NCBI GenBank assembly: GCA_039028615.1
Contig: JBCCHT010000009.1
Coordinates: 96,001 to 160,000 of the forward strand
Origin: Myxococcota bacterium
GTDB lineage: Bacteria > Myxococcota_A > Polyangia > Nannocystales > Nannocystaceae
DNA: 64,000 nt
Reading direction: 5' to 3'
The notes beneath the pieces are model-generated. The model saw nothing but the letters and a program-made list of their open reading frames with translations. It was not told where the DNA came from and made no database searches. The translations under genes were made by a program, and so were the position numbers. Shown in pieces: positions 1-8,909 of the stretch (position 1 is the first letter of the stretch; every line of letters starts with the position of its first letter).

Positions 1-711
1 GCACCGTTCCCGCCGCAAGAGGGAGACAAGTTCGTCATCCTCTCGAGCGGCAATGCCAGCGAGCTGACCATCCCAGGGTTCTACGCTTCGACGGCCGTCG
101 GTTTTGGTGGTGGGCCTCTGCCTCCGCCGCTCGACACCGCGCCCGTCTCGGCCACCGACGACTGTGCTTCGGACCCGTCGCTCATCGGCTCGGGTGACTG
201 CTCGAACACGATCCAGGTGCAGTGGGATCAGGGCGACGGCGAAGCGCACGACTACGCGGAGATGCGCTTCACCGCCGAGGTGCCGCAGGGCACCCCGGGC
301 TTCGCGTACAACTTCGCGATGTTCTCGACGGAGTACCCGGTCTACTACCAGTCGATGTTCAACGACATGTACATCGCCTGGCTCGAGTCGGAGATCTGGA
401 CGGGCAACGTGTCGTTCGACGACATGGGCAACCCGATCTCGCTCAACGCGGGCTTCCTCGACTACAAGGACGCGCCGAACGACTTCGACTGTCCGGCTCC
501 CTGTGCCGCGCCCGAGCTGGCCGGTACCGCGATGGAAGGCCACGCAGGTACGCGCTGGCTGACCACCAGCGCGGGCGTCGTGCCCGGCGAGACCATGGAA
601 CTCGTGCTCGCGGTGTTCGACCTCTCGGACGGCATCCTCGACACGGTGATCATCCTGGATAACTTCCACTGGGCCTGCGTCGGCGGACCCCCGGTGACCA
701 TCCCCGGCTGA
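1..711 (+). CDS. Choice-of-anchor L-like domain protein, 5'-truncated by the window edge
   Basis: Frame 1 is open from base 1 (APFPPQEGDKFVILSSGNAS...). Motifs FSTEYP..FND.YIAW, NVSFD, WLTT.A.V.PGE and VFD.SDG.LDT.IILDNF.W are typical of this secreted myxobacterial domain. Confidence 0.7.
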   Translation, partial: APFPPQEGDKFVILSSGNASELTIPGFYASTAVGFGGGPLPPPLDTAPVSATDDCASDPSLIGSGDCSNTIQVQWDQGDGEAHDYAEMRFTAEVPQGTPGFAYNFAMFSTEYPVYYQSMFNDMYIAWLESEIWTGNVSFDDMGNPISLNAGFLDYKDAPNDFDCPAPCAAPELAGTAMEGHAGTRWLTTSAGVVPGETMELVLAVFDLSDGILDTVIILDNFHWACVGGPPVTIPG

Positions 712-730
712 TCGTCGCCACTACGAGAAC

Positions 731-769
731 AAAGAGCGGAGCGCCCACGGGCCTCCGCTCTTTTTCTTT
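731..769. terminator. Intrinsic, probably bidirectional, terminator
   Basis: AAAGAGCGGAG-(GCCC AC GGGC)-CTCCGCTCTTT stem followed by a T-run, lying between convergent genes. Confidence 0.8.
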
Positions 770-811
770 GCCCGGGCTATGGGTCTCGGGCGAAACGCCC
801 GGTGAGGCGGC

Positions 812-1855
812 CTACAGCTGGCTGTCGAGCATCAGCTCGAGGTCGGGCGGCAGGACCTTCTTGCCCTTCACCCGGTAGGTGGGCGTGACCTTGATCTTCA
901 GCTTGCGCGCCGCCGCGGCCTCGGTGTCGGCCCACTCGTAAGTCTGCGGGTCCTCGAGGCAGATCATGAACGAGGGCTCGTCGAGCTTCAGCGCTCGGGC
1001 GCCGTCGAGCACGTCGAGGTCGGCACGCCCGGGGCGATTGGCGAACAGCCACGCGTCCATCTCCCAGAACTTGCCTTGCTCGTGGGCGCAGTGAGCCGCG
1101 CGCACCGAAAGGCACCCGTGGTTGCGCTCGTTGCAGCGCATGCGGGGCTGGTGGCGACGGATGACTCGCAGTCGGTCGCCATCGGTGGCGAGGCGTCGAC
1201 GGGTGCGATTGGTCGCGATGGCGCAGTGGGGGCAGCCGTAGTCGACGAACTCCTCGATGGTGATCGTCGGGTTCTCGGCGCCGACCCAGTGGTGGCCCTG
1301 TTCGGTGACCCCAGTGGGGTGGGGGACGTCGCTCTGCCAGGTCAGCGGCGCCCAGTAGGGCGGGACCAGCAGCGCGGTCGCCAGCACGATGGTGGCCGGG
1401 ACGGCGATGGCCGAGAAGATCGAAGAGCCGGAGATCGCCTCGCCGTGCTTGCGGTGTGAGCGGAAGGCGACGATGGCGAGCAGCACCGACAGCACGTGGA
1501 CCGCCTCGCACATGAGGCAGACGCTACCGACGTGCAGCAGGCTCTCGAGCAGTAATCCGATGGAGGCCAGGGCCGAGAACGCCGCGAGCGGCCACAGCAG
1601 CTTGCTGCGCTGCCAGGCGGCGATGGTCATGGCCAGGAAGCCGGCGGCACCCCACAGCGGTAGGGGGACGCCGAGCAGCACCGACATGCGCGACAGCGCG
1701 ACCGTGCTGCAATCGAAGCTCTCGTTGACTTTGCAGAAGCTGTCGACCGAGGGCATCAGGTAGGTCTTGGCGTGGATCCACTCCAAGACCCCAGAAACGA
1801 CGAGGCCCGCGACTGCCAACAGTAGAGGCAGCAGCCGCGGGACCTTGTTGCTCAT
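812..1855 (-). CDS. Vitamin K epoxide reductase (VKOR) family protein fused to a DsbA/thioredoxin domain
   Basis: Membrane N-terminus with the C-x7-C loop (CKVNESFDC) and CLMC active site. C-terminal EEFVDYGCPHC, A..CAHEQGKFWEM and the cis-Pro motif VTPT. Confidence 0.85.
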   Translation of the reverse strand: MSNKVPRLLPLLLAVAGLVVSGVLEWIHAKTYLMPSVDSFCKVNESFDCSTVALSRMSVLLGVPLPLWGAAGFLAMTIAAWQRSKLLWPLAAFSALASIGLLLESLLHVGSVCLMCEAVHVLSVLLAIVAFRSHRKHGEAISGSSIFSAIAVPATIVLATALLVPPYWAPLTWQSDVPHPTGVTEQGHHWVGAENPTITIEEFVDYGCPHCAIATNRTRRRLATDGDRLRVIRRHQPRMRCNERNHGCLSVRAAHCAHEQGKFWEMDAWLFANRPGRADLDVLDGARALKLDEPSFMICLEDPQTYEWADTEAAAARKLKIKVTPTYRVKGKKVLPPDLELMLDSQL

Positions 1856-1903
1856 CAGTTCGGTTCCCTTCCGTGATTCACGAACGTGGGACCGAAGTGC
1901 TCA

Positions 1904-3250
1904 TCAGCCGCCGACCAGGAAGGTGGCGAAGTTGAGCTGAGCGCCCACCGAAGCGGTGAACTCGGTGCCGATCTCGCCGACGATGGTGACGGCCTCTTCG
2001 AGGGCCGGCAGCACGCAGTCGATGCGACCCGGGGCGATGTCGAACTCGCCGCTGAGGCCAGCGCTGACCAGGCCCGAGAACTGGGTCTGGATGTTGGCGA
2101 ACGGAGCGGGGTCGAAGACCACCTCGCCGTTGACCTCACCGTCGAGCAGAGCCTGCGCGCGGGCGAAGCCCTGGATGATGGCGACACCGCGGACGCGGAG
2201 CTCGCCGATGCGGGCCTGGAAGGCCGCCTGGGCGCTGGCGTCGAGACCGGCCTCGAACTCGTAGACGAGGTCGATGCTGGGCGGGGTGCACTCGATGTTC
2301 GCCTCGGCCTGGGCGGAGGCCTGAGCCTCGCAGTCGGCCGACGCCTCGCACTCGCACTCGGCGGAAGCGCTGGGCGGGGTGAAGCTGCCCTCGCAGGAGC
2401 CCGAGCACTCGCCCATGCAGCTGCCGGAGCACTCGACGCTGCCCTCGCAGCCGCCGGGATCGAAGTCGCCGCGGCAGGTGCCGTGGCAGGTGCCGGAGCA
2501 GGACGCTCCGCCCGAGACCTCGCAGGTGCCCTGGCACATGCCGGAGCACTCGCCCTCGCACTGGCCCTCGGCGTTGGTGAGCGAGCACTCACCGTCGCAG
2601 GCGCCGCGGCAGGTGCCTTCGCAGGACGCGGCGACGTCCAGCTCGCAGGCGCCCTCGCACATGGCGGTGCACTCGAAGCCGGCCGAGGGGGCCTGGCAAG
2701 CGATGTCACCCATGCACTCGGCCGAGCAACCGCCGCGGCAGGTGCCTTCGCACGAGACCGAGACCTCGCCGGGGTCGACCTCGACGTCGCACTCGCAGCC
2801 CGCGTTGGCCTCGCAGCTGGCCTGCGCCTCGACGGAGACGGCAACGTTGGCCGAGCAGCTGGGGGGCACGTACTCGACGGAGATTCCAGCCGAGAGGTTG
2901 GCGTCGAAGTCCGCCTGGATGGCGGCGATGACCTGGTCGACGAACGCGGCGTCGACGCTCACGTCGGCTCCGGCCTCGACCACGCCGTACACCTCGGCGA
3001 GCGCCGTGATGTTCGCGTTGAAGTCCGCGGTGATGGTGCCCGTCGCCCCTTGCAGGTCGGCGAGGGCGTTGAAAAATCCGTCGAGACGGGCGTCGCCCGA
3101 GATGGAGAGCTGGCCGCTGGAGATGCTGCCGCACGGGCCACAGATCCCGCCTCCGTCGCCACAGCCGTCAAGCGTGGTGACGCCTGCCGCAGCGCCAACG
3201 ACGAGGCCGATGCTCGCGAGAGTGAAGCCCTGTTTCCGAATAGCCTTCAT
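1904..3250 (-). CDS. Cys-rich secreted/lipoprotein with CxGxCxGxC repeats (myxobacterial family)
   Basis: N-terminal signal ending in DGC, many CEGTCRGxC repeats, GC-rich third codon positions, and an AGGAG RBS upstream. Confidence 0.75.
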   Translation of the reverse strand: MKAIRKQGFTLASIGLVVGAAAGVTTLDGCGDGGGICGPCGSISSGQLSISGDARLDGFFNALADLQGATGTITADFNANITALAEVYGVVEAGADVSVDAAFVDQVIAAIQADFDANLSAGISVEYVPPSCSANVAVSVEAQASCEANAGCECDVEVDPGEVSVSCEGTCRGGCSAECMGDIACQAPSAGFECTAMCEGACELDVAASCEGTCRGACDGECSLTNAEGQCEGECSGMCQGTCEVSGGASCSGTCHGTCRGDFDPGGCEGSVECSGSCMGECSGSCEGSFTPPSASAECECEASADCEAQASAQAEANIECTPPSIDLVYEFEAGLDASAQAAFQARIGELRVRGVAIIQGFARAQALLDGEVNGEVVFDPAPFANIQTQFSGLVSAGLSGEFDIAPGRIDCVLPALEEAVTIVGEIGTEFTASVGAQLNFATFLVGG

Positions 3251-3739
3251 GATGTCCGATTCTCCTGAGTGATCAGCGAGTGAGTGTGCCGAGAGTTCTC
3301 GTTGTTGAAGCTCGGCGCGCTGCCGTTAGCGTGTTCGAGTCGGGGGGGTTGTTTTCGTCGACTCGTTGGAGGCGCCGCGGATGGTCCCATACCCCCGTCC
3401 GGCCTCGCAACGCCCCTTCTGCAAGGGGCGTGTCATCGTGGCATTTCACGAACGACCGCGGGTTGGACCGATGCCGGGCGAGAATCTTCAAAGTGCAGCC
3501 AGTTAACGATTTCGCGGCCCGAATTCGGCCTTTGCATCATCCTGCCCACGGCAAAAAAGTCGCGATGCTCCGCACGTTTTGCCCGATGAGGCCTCGAGTG
3601 GCTGCGGCGCGGCGTTTTGCCTCTGCGGTCGGCTTCGCCCCAACCGATTCCTCCCATTCATCACGCCGCCACAACGAACGATCGATGACGCGCCGAGGCC
3701 CGATAGAGGAAAGAGGTTCCGCCCTGGGCCGGAACGTCG

Positions 3740-4693
3740 TCATGAAGGATGGCGTTGCGATCCCCCCGGTCGATCGATCACCACGGGGCAGTGATCGCTG
3801 ATGCCCTGGAGGTCGGGGTCGGGGTGATGCTCGGAGGCGTGCACGGGATCACATGCGTGTCGTGCACAGTGAGCGCCGGACCACGCGACGCGCTGGTCGG
3901 GATCGGGAGGCGACGTGATCGGACTCCAGGCGAGATCGAGTCGGGAAGGCTCCCACCACGAGTCCCGCCGAGATCCTTCCCAATAGGCGGTACAGCCGCC
4001 GTTGGACGCCCAAACGCCGAGGCCGACGGAGGCGAGGACGCGCTCGAGCTGGCGTAGCTCGGCGGTGGCGGGGGTGGAGGTTCCGCCCGCGACGTTGAAG
4101 TCACCGACGAGCAGGACGTCGTGCATGCGGTGGCTCGGGGCAAGGGATTCACCGAGGATTCGTGTGAGCACGGCCCATTGCTGCCGACGCATGGGCAGAC
4201 CATCACGGGTGGCCTTGAGGTGCACGTTGACGAGTCGGAATGCAGATCCGGCATTCCGGCCGAGCGGCTGTACCCACGCCGACAACCCGGGGCGAACCTT
4301 GCCGCCCATGCTGAGCTGTCGATGTTCGACGATGTCGTGCAGATCGACGCGGGTGGGATCCCACCCGAACACCAAACGCTGATCGTGACGGCCTCCGGTC
4401 TCCGAGGTGTGCCAGCGCCACTGGGGACGCAGGGCGAACAGAGCCTCGGGATCGCGCACCTCTTGGGCCGCGAGCACGGCGGGGGCGAGCTCGTCGAGGT
4501 GCTCGCGAAGGCGATCGAGGTCGTGCGTGCCCGGGAAGTTGCGCAGGTTCCAGGAAACGACCCGTAGGTGGTCGTGGCCTGCCGCGGGCACGGTGCGGCC
4601 CTGGTGCTCGAGCGCGGCGTGGCGGAGAGCGGGATAGCTACAGACCAACGCCGCGACGGCGAGGGGCAGACGCCAACGGGACCACGCGCGCAT
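3740..4693 (-). CDS. Endonuclease/exonuclease/phosphatase family protein
   Basis: SWNLRNF, AQEV, VHLKA, GDFN and terminal SDHCPV motifs. Start placed at MRAWSRW and uncertain. Confidence 0.85.
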   Translation of the reverse strand: MRAWSRWRLPLAVAALVCSYPALRHAALEHQGRTVPAAGHDHLRVVSWNLRNFPGTHDLDRLREHLDELAPAVLAAQEVRDPEALFALRPQWRWHTSETGGRHDQRLVFGWDPTRVDLHDIVEHRQLSMGGKVRPGLSAWVQPLGRNAGSAFRLVNVHLKATRDGLPMRRQQWAVLTRILGESLAPSHRMHDVLLVGDFNVAGGTSTPATAELRQLERVLASVGLGVWASNGGCTAYWEGSRRDSWWEPSRLDLAWSPITSPPDPDQRVAWSGAHCARHACDPVHASEHHPDPDLQGISDHCPVVIDRPGGSQRHPS

Positions 4694-4803
4694 CGGGGCG
4701 GTTGTCGACCATCGGGCGCGGCCCGTTGCGCCGTTCGAAACAAAAGAAGGCGGGCGAGTCGAAGACTCTCCCACCTTCCATTCGATGGATGTCGCGCGAA
4801 GGC

Positions 4804-5088
4804 CTAGCGGTCTTGAAGCCGCTTACGCTCGCGACGCTTGCGGCGACGCTCGGCCTCGCGGAGCTTTCTCTTGCTCTTCACGCTCGGCTTCTCGTGATGG
4901 CGACGACGCTTGATCTCTCGGAGCACGCCCTCGCTGGCGAGGAGGCGGCGAAGCTTGCGGATGGCTCGCTCGACGCCGCGGTCATCGACCCGAACTTCGA
5001 GGGGGCGACCCTGCACGGGCTCGTACTGGACGACTTGCTCGGCCGCGTTGACGGTGGGCTCGGGAGTGGCTTGTTCAGGCGTCGACAT
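4804..5088 (-). CDS. rpsU: 30S ribosomal protein S21
   Basis: EVRV..VERAIRKLRR...EGVLREIKRRRHHEKPSVK.KRK..A signature, with a short N-terminal extension. Confidence 0.9.
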   Translation of the reverse strand: MSTPEQATPEPTVNAAEQVVQYEPVQGRPLEVRVDDRGVERAIRKLRRLLASEGVLREIKRRRHHEKPSVKSKRKLREAERRRKRRERKRLQDR

Positions 5089-5262
5089 CGAAGGGCTAGG
5101 ACGTATAGAAGTCGCGGCGCGGGCGGTCAAGCCCCGAGATGCAGGGGATTGGATCCGCGGGCTCACAGGCGCGCTGCGTGATGTGCGCGGTGTCTGCCGT
5201 GTGGGCAGAGGCCGCCCGAGGGCCGGCAAATCGCCGGATCCGCGCTCGCACTGGGGAACAGG

Positions 5263-6042
5263 TCACGGGCGGCGACCGCCCGCGGCCGCGAGCCGACCGC
5301 CATCGACGGCGAGGATCTGCCCGGTGACGTGGCGGCTGCCCGCAAAGAACACCACCGCCGCGGCGACATCGGCCGGCGTGCCGATGCGGCCGAGGGGGAT
5401 CTCGTCGATGATCGCGCGCTGGCGGTCGGGGGTGTCGAGCTCGGCCGGCCAATCGACGGTCCCGGGCGCGACGCCGTTGACCCGCAGGGGCGCCAGCTCC
5501 ACCGCGAGCCCGCGCGTGGCGGCGAGCAGCCCGGCCTTGGCGGTGCAGTGGTCGAGGTATTCGGGCCAGGGGTGTACCCCGGCCACGTCGAGGATGTTGA
5601 TGATCGCGCCGCCCCGGGCCTGCAGGGCGGGGGCGCACGCGCGGGCCAGCGACAAGGGCGCGATCAGGTTGAGCTCGAGGACCCGGCGGAGATCGCCATC
5701 GCCGCGCTCGAGGAACGGACCGCGCTCGAACCCGGCGGCATTGTTGACCAGCAGATCGAGCCGCCCTCCGGCCGGGCCCTGCGGATCGGTCACCGTGCGC
5801 GCGAGTGACCGCCGCTGCGCTTCGTCCATGAGATCTGCCGCGACGGGCCCCAGGGGCGGCGGCGTCGAGGCCTCGGACAAGCTGGCATGCCGCTGGGTGG
5901 CCGCCTCGCCCGAGCGATGGTGGTGCATCCACACGCGGTAGCCGGCCTCGGCGAGGGCGGTGGTGATGGCTGCGCCGACGCGGATTGCCGATCCCGTGAC
6001 CAGCGCGACGGGGGCGTCGGCGTACCGATCGAAATCGGTCAT
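5263..6042 (-). CDS. SDR oxidoreductase, pteridine reductase/FolM-like
   Basis: VALVTGSAIRVG (the Arg is characteristic of PTR1/FolM), LVNNAA, IINILD, HCTAK in place of YxxxK, and ELAP.RVNGVAPG. Adjacent to folE. Confidence 0.8.
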   Translation of the reverse strand: MTDFDRYADAPVALVTGSAIRVGAAITTALAEAGYRVWMHHHRSGEAATQRHASLSEASTPPPLGPVAADLMDEAQRRSLARTVTDPQGPAGGRLDLLVNNAAGFERGPFLERGDGDLRRVLELNLIAPLSLARACAPALQARGGAIINILDVAGVHPWPEYLDHCTAKAGLLAATRGLAVELAPLRVNGVAPGTVDWPAELDTPDRQRAIIDEIPLGRIGTPADVAAAVVFFAGSRHVTGQILAVDGGRLAAAGGRRP

Positions 6043-6125
6043 GGGGGCATGGTAGCCGACCCGCGCGACGGGCTCGAATTGACAGGCATGCCGGCAGCGG
6101 GCAGCGTTGCCGTCAGGGTCACGCC

Positions 6126-6650
6126 GTGGCGGATCGTTATCTGACGCTCAAGGACATGACGAGTGGAGGCCGTTGTACGCCTCGCACCGTCCGGTACTAC
6201 GAGCGCCAGGGGTTGTTGCGCGCCACCCGGAGCGCGGGGGGGCATCGGCTCTTCGCCGCCATCGAGCTCGAGCGCCTCAACTTCGTCATCGCGTTGCGAG
6301 AGGCGGGGTGGGCCCTCGAGGAGATCGTCGAGGTCCTCGGGGCCCGGGATACCGCGCCCACCGATCGCGAGGCGGCCAAGCGTCTCGATGGTCTGCTGGC
6401 CACGCATCTCGAGCGGCTCGACCGGAAGCTCGAGATCCTCAACCGGCTGCGTGAAGAGCTGCGCAGCACTCAGCAGGCCCTGCGCGTGTGCCTCGAGTGC
6501 ACGGGGGAGCACGACGAGGTCTCGTGCGAGTCGTGTCATCGACTCCCCGAGCTCGTAAAGCTTCCCCGGGGGTTCCGGCTCACGTGGCGCGGACGAGAGG
6601 ACGGCGACCCGCCCTTCGACGAGCCGGCCTCGCCCGCGGGCGCGGAGTAA
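6126..6650 (+). CDS. MerR-family transcriptional regulator with a Cys-rich C-terminus
   Basis: TPRTVRYYE..GLL...RS.GGHR.F HTH, a coiled-coil, then CLEC...CESC. Confidence 0.85.
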   Translation: MADRYLTLKDMTSGGRCTPRTVRYYERQGLLRATRSAGGHRLFAAIELERLNFVIALREAGWALEEIVEVLGARDTAPTDREAAKRLDGLLATHLERLDRKLEILNRLREELRSTQQALRVCLECTGEHDEVSCESCHRLPELVKLPRGFRLTWRGREDGDPPFDEPASPAGAE

Positions 6651-6664
6651 GGTATCCCGCGAGG

Positions 6665-7231
6665 GTGAGCGAGCCCGCGGACGATCCCACCGTGCAGGCC
6701 TTGGTGCCGGCCGTCGATCAGTTCTTGCGCGCGTGCGGCCAGGACCTGGAGCACAAGGACTTCAGCGACACCCCGGCGCGCGTGGCCAAGCTGTGGCGCG
6801 AGAAGTTCCTGTCGGGCGAGACCATGGACCCGGCGCAGATCCTCGGCGACCCGGTCGAAGGCGAGGCGCCGACCGAGCTGGTCATCATTCGCGACCTGCC
6901 CTACCACGGCATGTGCCCGCATCACCTGCTGCCCTACGTGGGGCGGGCCACGGTGGCCTACCTGCCGGGGGAGCAGCTCGTGGGCTTCGGCCGGCTCGGC
7001 GATCTGGTCAACTGCTTCACCCGGCGGCTCACGCTGCAAGAGCGAGCCTGCAACGAGATCGTCGACGCCCTCATGAGGCACCTCGACGCTCGCGGGGCGG
7101 GCTGCGTGATGGTGGGCGAGCACATGTGCCTGAAGATCCCGGACAACCGTCATCGGGCCGAGGTCGTCACCGCGTCCTTTCGCGGCGAGCTGCAGCGTCG
7201 CACCGAGCTCCAAGATCGGCTGTGGTCATGA
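6665..7231 (+). CDS. folE: GTP cyclohydrolase I
   Basis: DTPARVAK, Zn-ligand motif MCPHHLLPY, RRLTLQER and EHMC. GTG start at 6665. Confidence 0.9.
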   Translation: MSEPADDPTVQALVPAVDQFLRACGQDLEHKDFSDTPARVAKLWREKFLSGETMDPAQILGDPVEGEAPTELVIIRDLPYHGMCPHHLLPYVGRATVAYLPGEQLVGFGRLGDLVNCFTRRLTLQERACNEIVDALMRHLDARGAGCVMVGEHMCLKIPDNRHRAEVVTASFRGELQRRTELQDRLWS

Positions 7232-7905
7232 GCGCTCGCGGCCTTCGTCTGTACGTGTTGCGGCACGGCGAGCCCGATCGTCGCGACATCTTCTACGGCT
7301 TCCACGACGTCGGGCTCTCCGAGCGAGGGCTCGCGCAGGCGCAAGGCCAGGCCGAGTGCCTGGGCTCGATTCCCTTCACCGCCATCTACTCCAGCGACCT
7401 TCAGCGGGCGCGCCGAGGGGCCGAGCTCATCGCCGAGCGACGCGACCTCGACGTCCGCATCGAGACCGAGCTGCGTGAGATGAGCCTCGGCGAGCTCGAG
7501 GGCGTGCCGCATCAAGAAGCCAAGGAGCGCTATCCCGAATGGGCCGGGCGTTCGTACTTCGACATGCTCGACGCGCGGATGCCCGGGGGCGGCGAGAGCG
7601 TGCGTGACCTTTCGGTGCGCGTGCTCGCGTGCCTCGAACGCATTGCGGCAGAACACGCCGATGTCCCCGACCAAGGGCGTTGGCCTACCGTGCTGGTCTA
7701 TGCACACAACACCGTGGCCCGCGTGTTGTTGGCCCAGGCGGCAGGCGTCGGAGTGTCCGGATATCCACGTTTCCTGCAGCGCTACGGTGCGATCAACCGC
7801 ATCGAGGTGCCCGTGGTCGAACCCGGCGATTCCGACGACGGCGCCGGCTGCATCCAGTGGGACAGAGCCACGATTGCGTATTGCAACCGCGATCCGCTGG
7901 CCTAG
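7228..7905 (+). CDS. Histidine phosphatase (PGM/CobC-like) family protein
   Basis: LYVLRHGE, YSSDLQRA, LREM.LGE.EG, PGGGES and VYAHN. The ATGA start overlaps the folE stop. Confidence 0.85.
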   Translation: MSARGLRLYVLRHGEPDRRDIFYGFHDVGLSERGLAQAQGQAECLGSIPFTAIYSSDLQRARRGAELIAERRDLDVRIETELREMSLGELEGVPHQEAKERYPEWAGRSYFDMLDARMPGGGESVRDLSVRVLACLERIAAEHADVPDQGRWPTVLVYAHNTVARVLLAQAAGVGVSGYPRFLQRYGAINRIEVPVVEPGDSDDGAGCIQWDRATIAYCNRDPLA

Positions 7906-8158
7906 GGTGGTGGGTGGCGCTACGCTCGATGGACACCTGAAGAAGTCGTGCCCCCCACTGCGCGGATTCGAGGTTCTCGAGTACGTGTCAGCGCACATTG
8001 GGTGACGTCGTCGCGCTTTTCGGCCGTGGTCTGGGTCGGTCCGTGGCTCGGCGAGAAGTCGCGTGTGGGGTGAAACCGTCGAGATCGGGGACCTATCGGC
8101 CTCTGGCTCGCCTGACTACCTCGGACCCGCTACAGTGAACCGTAACGATCCTCTCGCC

Positions 8159-8878
8159 ATGTTGGACGATGCTCGAAAACCCGCTGCGGAGGTACTGGCT
8201 GCACTGCCCGTATTCCCACTTCCCAATGCGGTGCTGTTGCCGGGCATGGTGTTGCCGTTGAACGTCTTCGAGGGGCGGTATCTCGAGCTGGTCGATCACG
8301 TGCGGGCCGGCGGCGGTCACCTCGGCATCCCGCTGCTGCGTCCGGGGTTCGAGGCCGAGTACGAGGGGCGCCCCGCCATCGAGTCCGTGTTCGGGCTGGG
8401 GCGGCTCGCGTCGCACCAGCGCTTGCCCGACGGCCGCCGTTTCATTCGTGTCGAGGGGCTCGGCCGCGTGCGAACCCTGCAGGAGCTCCCGCCGCGAGCG
8501 ACCTTTCGCGAGCTTTCGGTCGAGGTCCTGCCCGAGCCGGAGCCCCGCGACGTGCACCAGCTGTCGGTCCTCGAGGCCCAGCTCGAGCGCATCTCGGGCA
8601 CGCTCGGCCCCGACGACGCCCACATGGTCGAGTCCGTCCTGCGCATCACCGACGTCGGCCTCAAGCTCTACGCGATCACGGCCATCATGCCGACGCTCGG
8701 GTTTTTGGCGCACGGCAATCGCATCAGCAACGGTCGCCCCGCGCTGCTCGAGTTTCAGCAGCAGTGCTTGGCCGCCGACGATGGCGACGGTCAGGTCGAG
8801 GTGCTGATCGAGTGCGCCGCGGGCATCTGCGACGAGATGGCCGACAGCGGGCGCTGGCCCAAGCGCATGCTGAACTAG
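8159..8878 (+). CDS. Lon protease substrate-binding (N-terminal) domain protein
   Basis: LPVFPLPNAVLLPGMVLPLNVFEGRY and LPDGR..I.VEG..R. No ATPase or protease domain. Confidence 0.85.
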   Translation: MLDDARKPAAEVLAALPVFPLPNAVLLPGMVLPLNVFEGRYLELVDHVRAGGGHLGIPLLRPGFEAEYEGRPAIESVFGLGRLASHQRLPDGRRFIRVEGLGRVRTLQELPPRATFRELSVEVLPEPEPRDVHQLSVLEAQLERISGTLGPDDAHMVESVLRITDVGLKLYAITAIMPTLGFLAHGNRISNGRPALLEFQQQCLAADDGDGQVEVLIECAAGICDEMADSGRWPKRMLN

Positions 8879-8909
8879 AGCTCCGGCCGACGGTGTCGCG
8901 AAGGTGCGG

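Noticed and set aside
3251..3739. Short ORFs and a possible sigma-54 site upstream of the Cys-rich gene
   Set aside because: The ORFs lack coding-like composition, and the GG-N10-GC match (TGGGCA...ATGC on the minus strand) is too weak.
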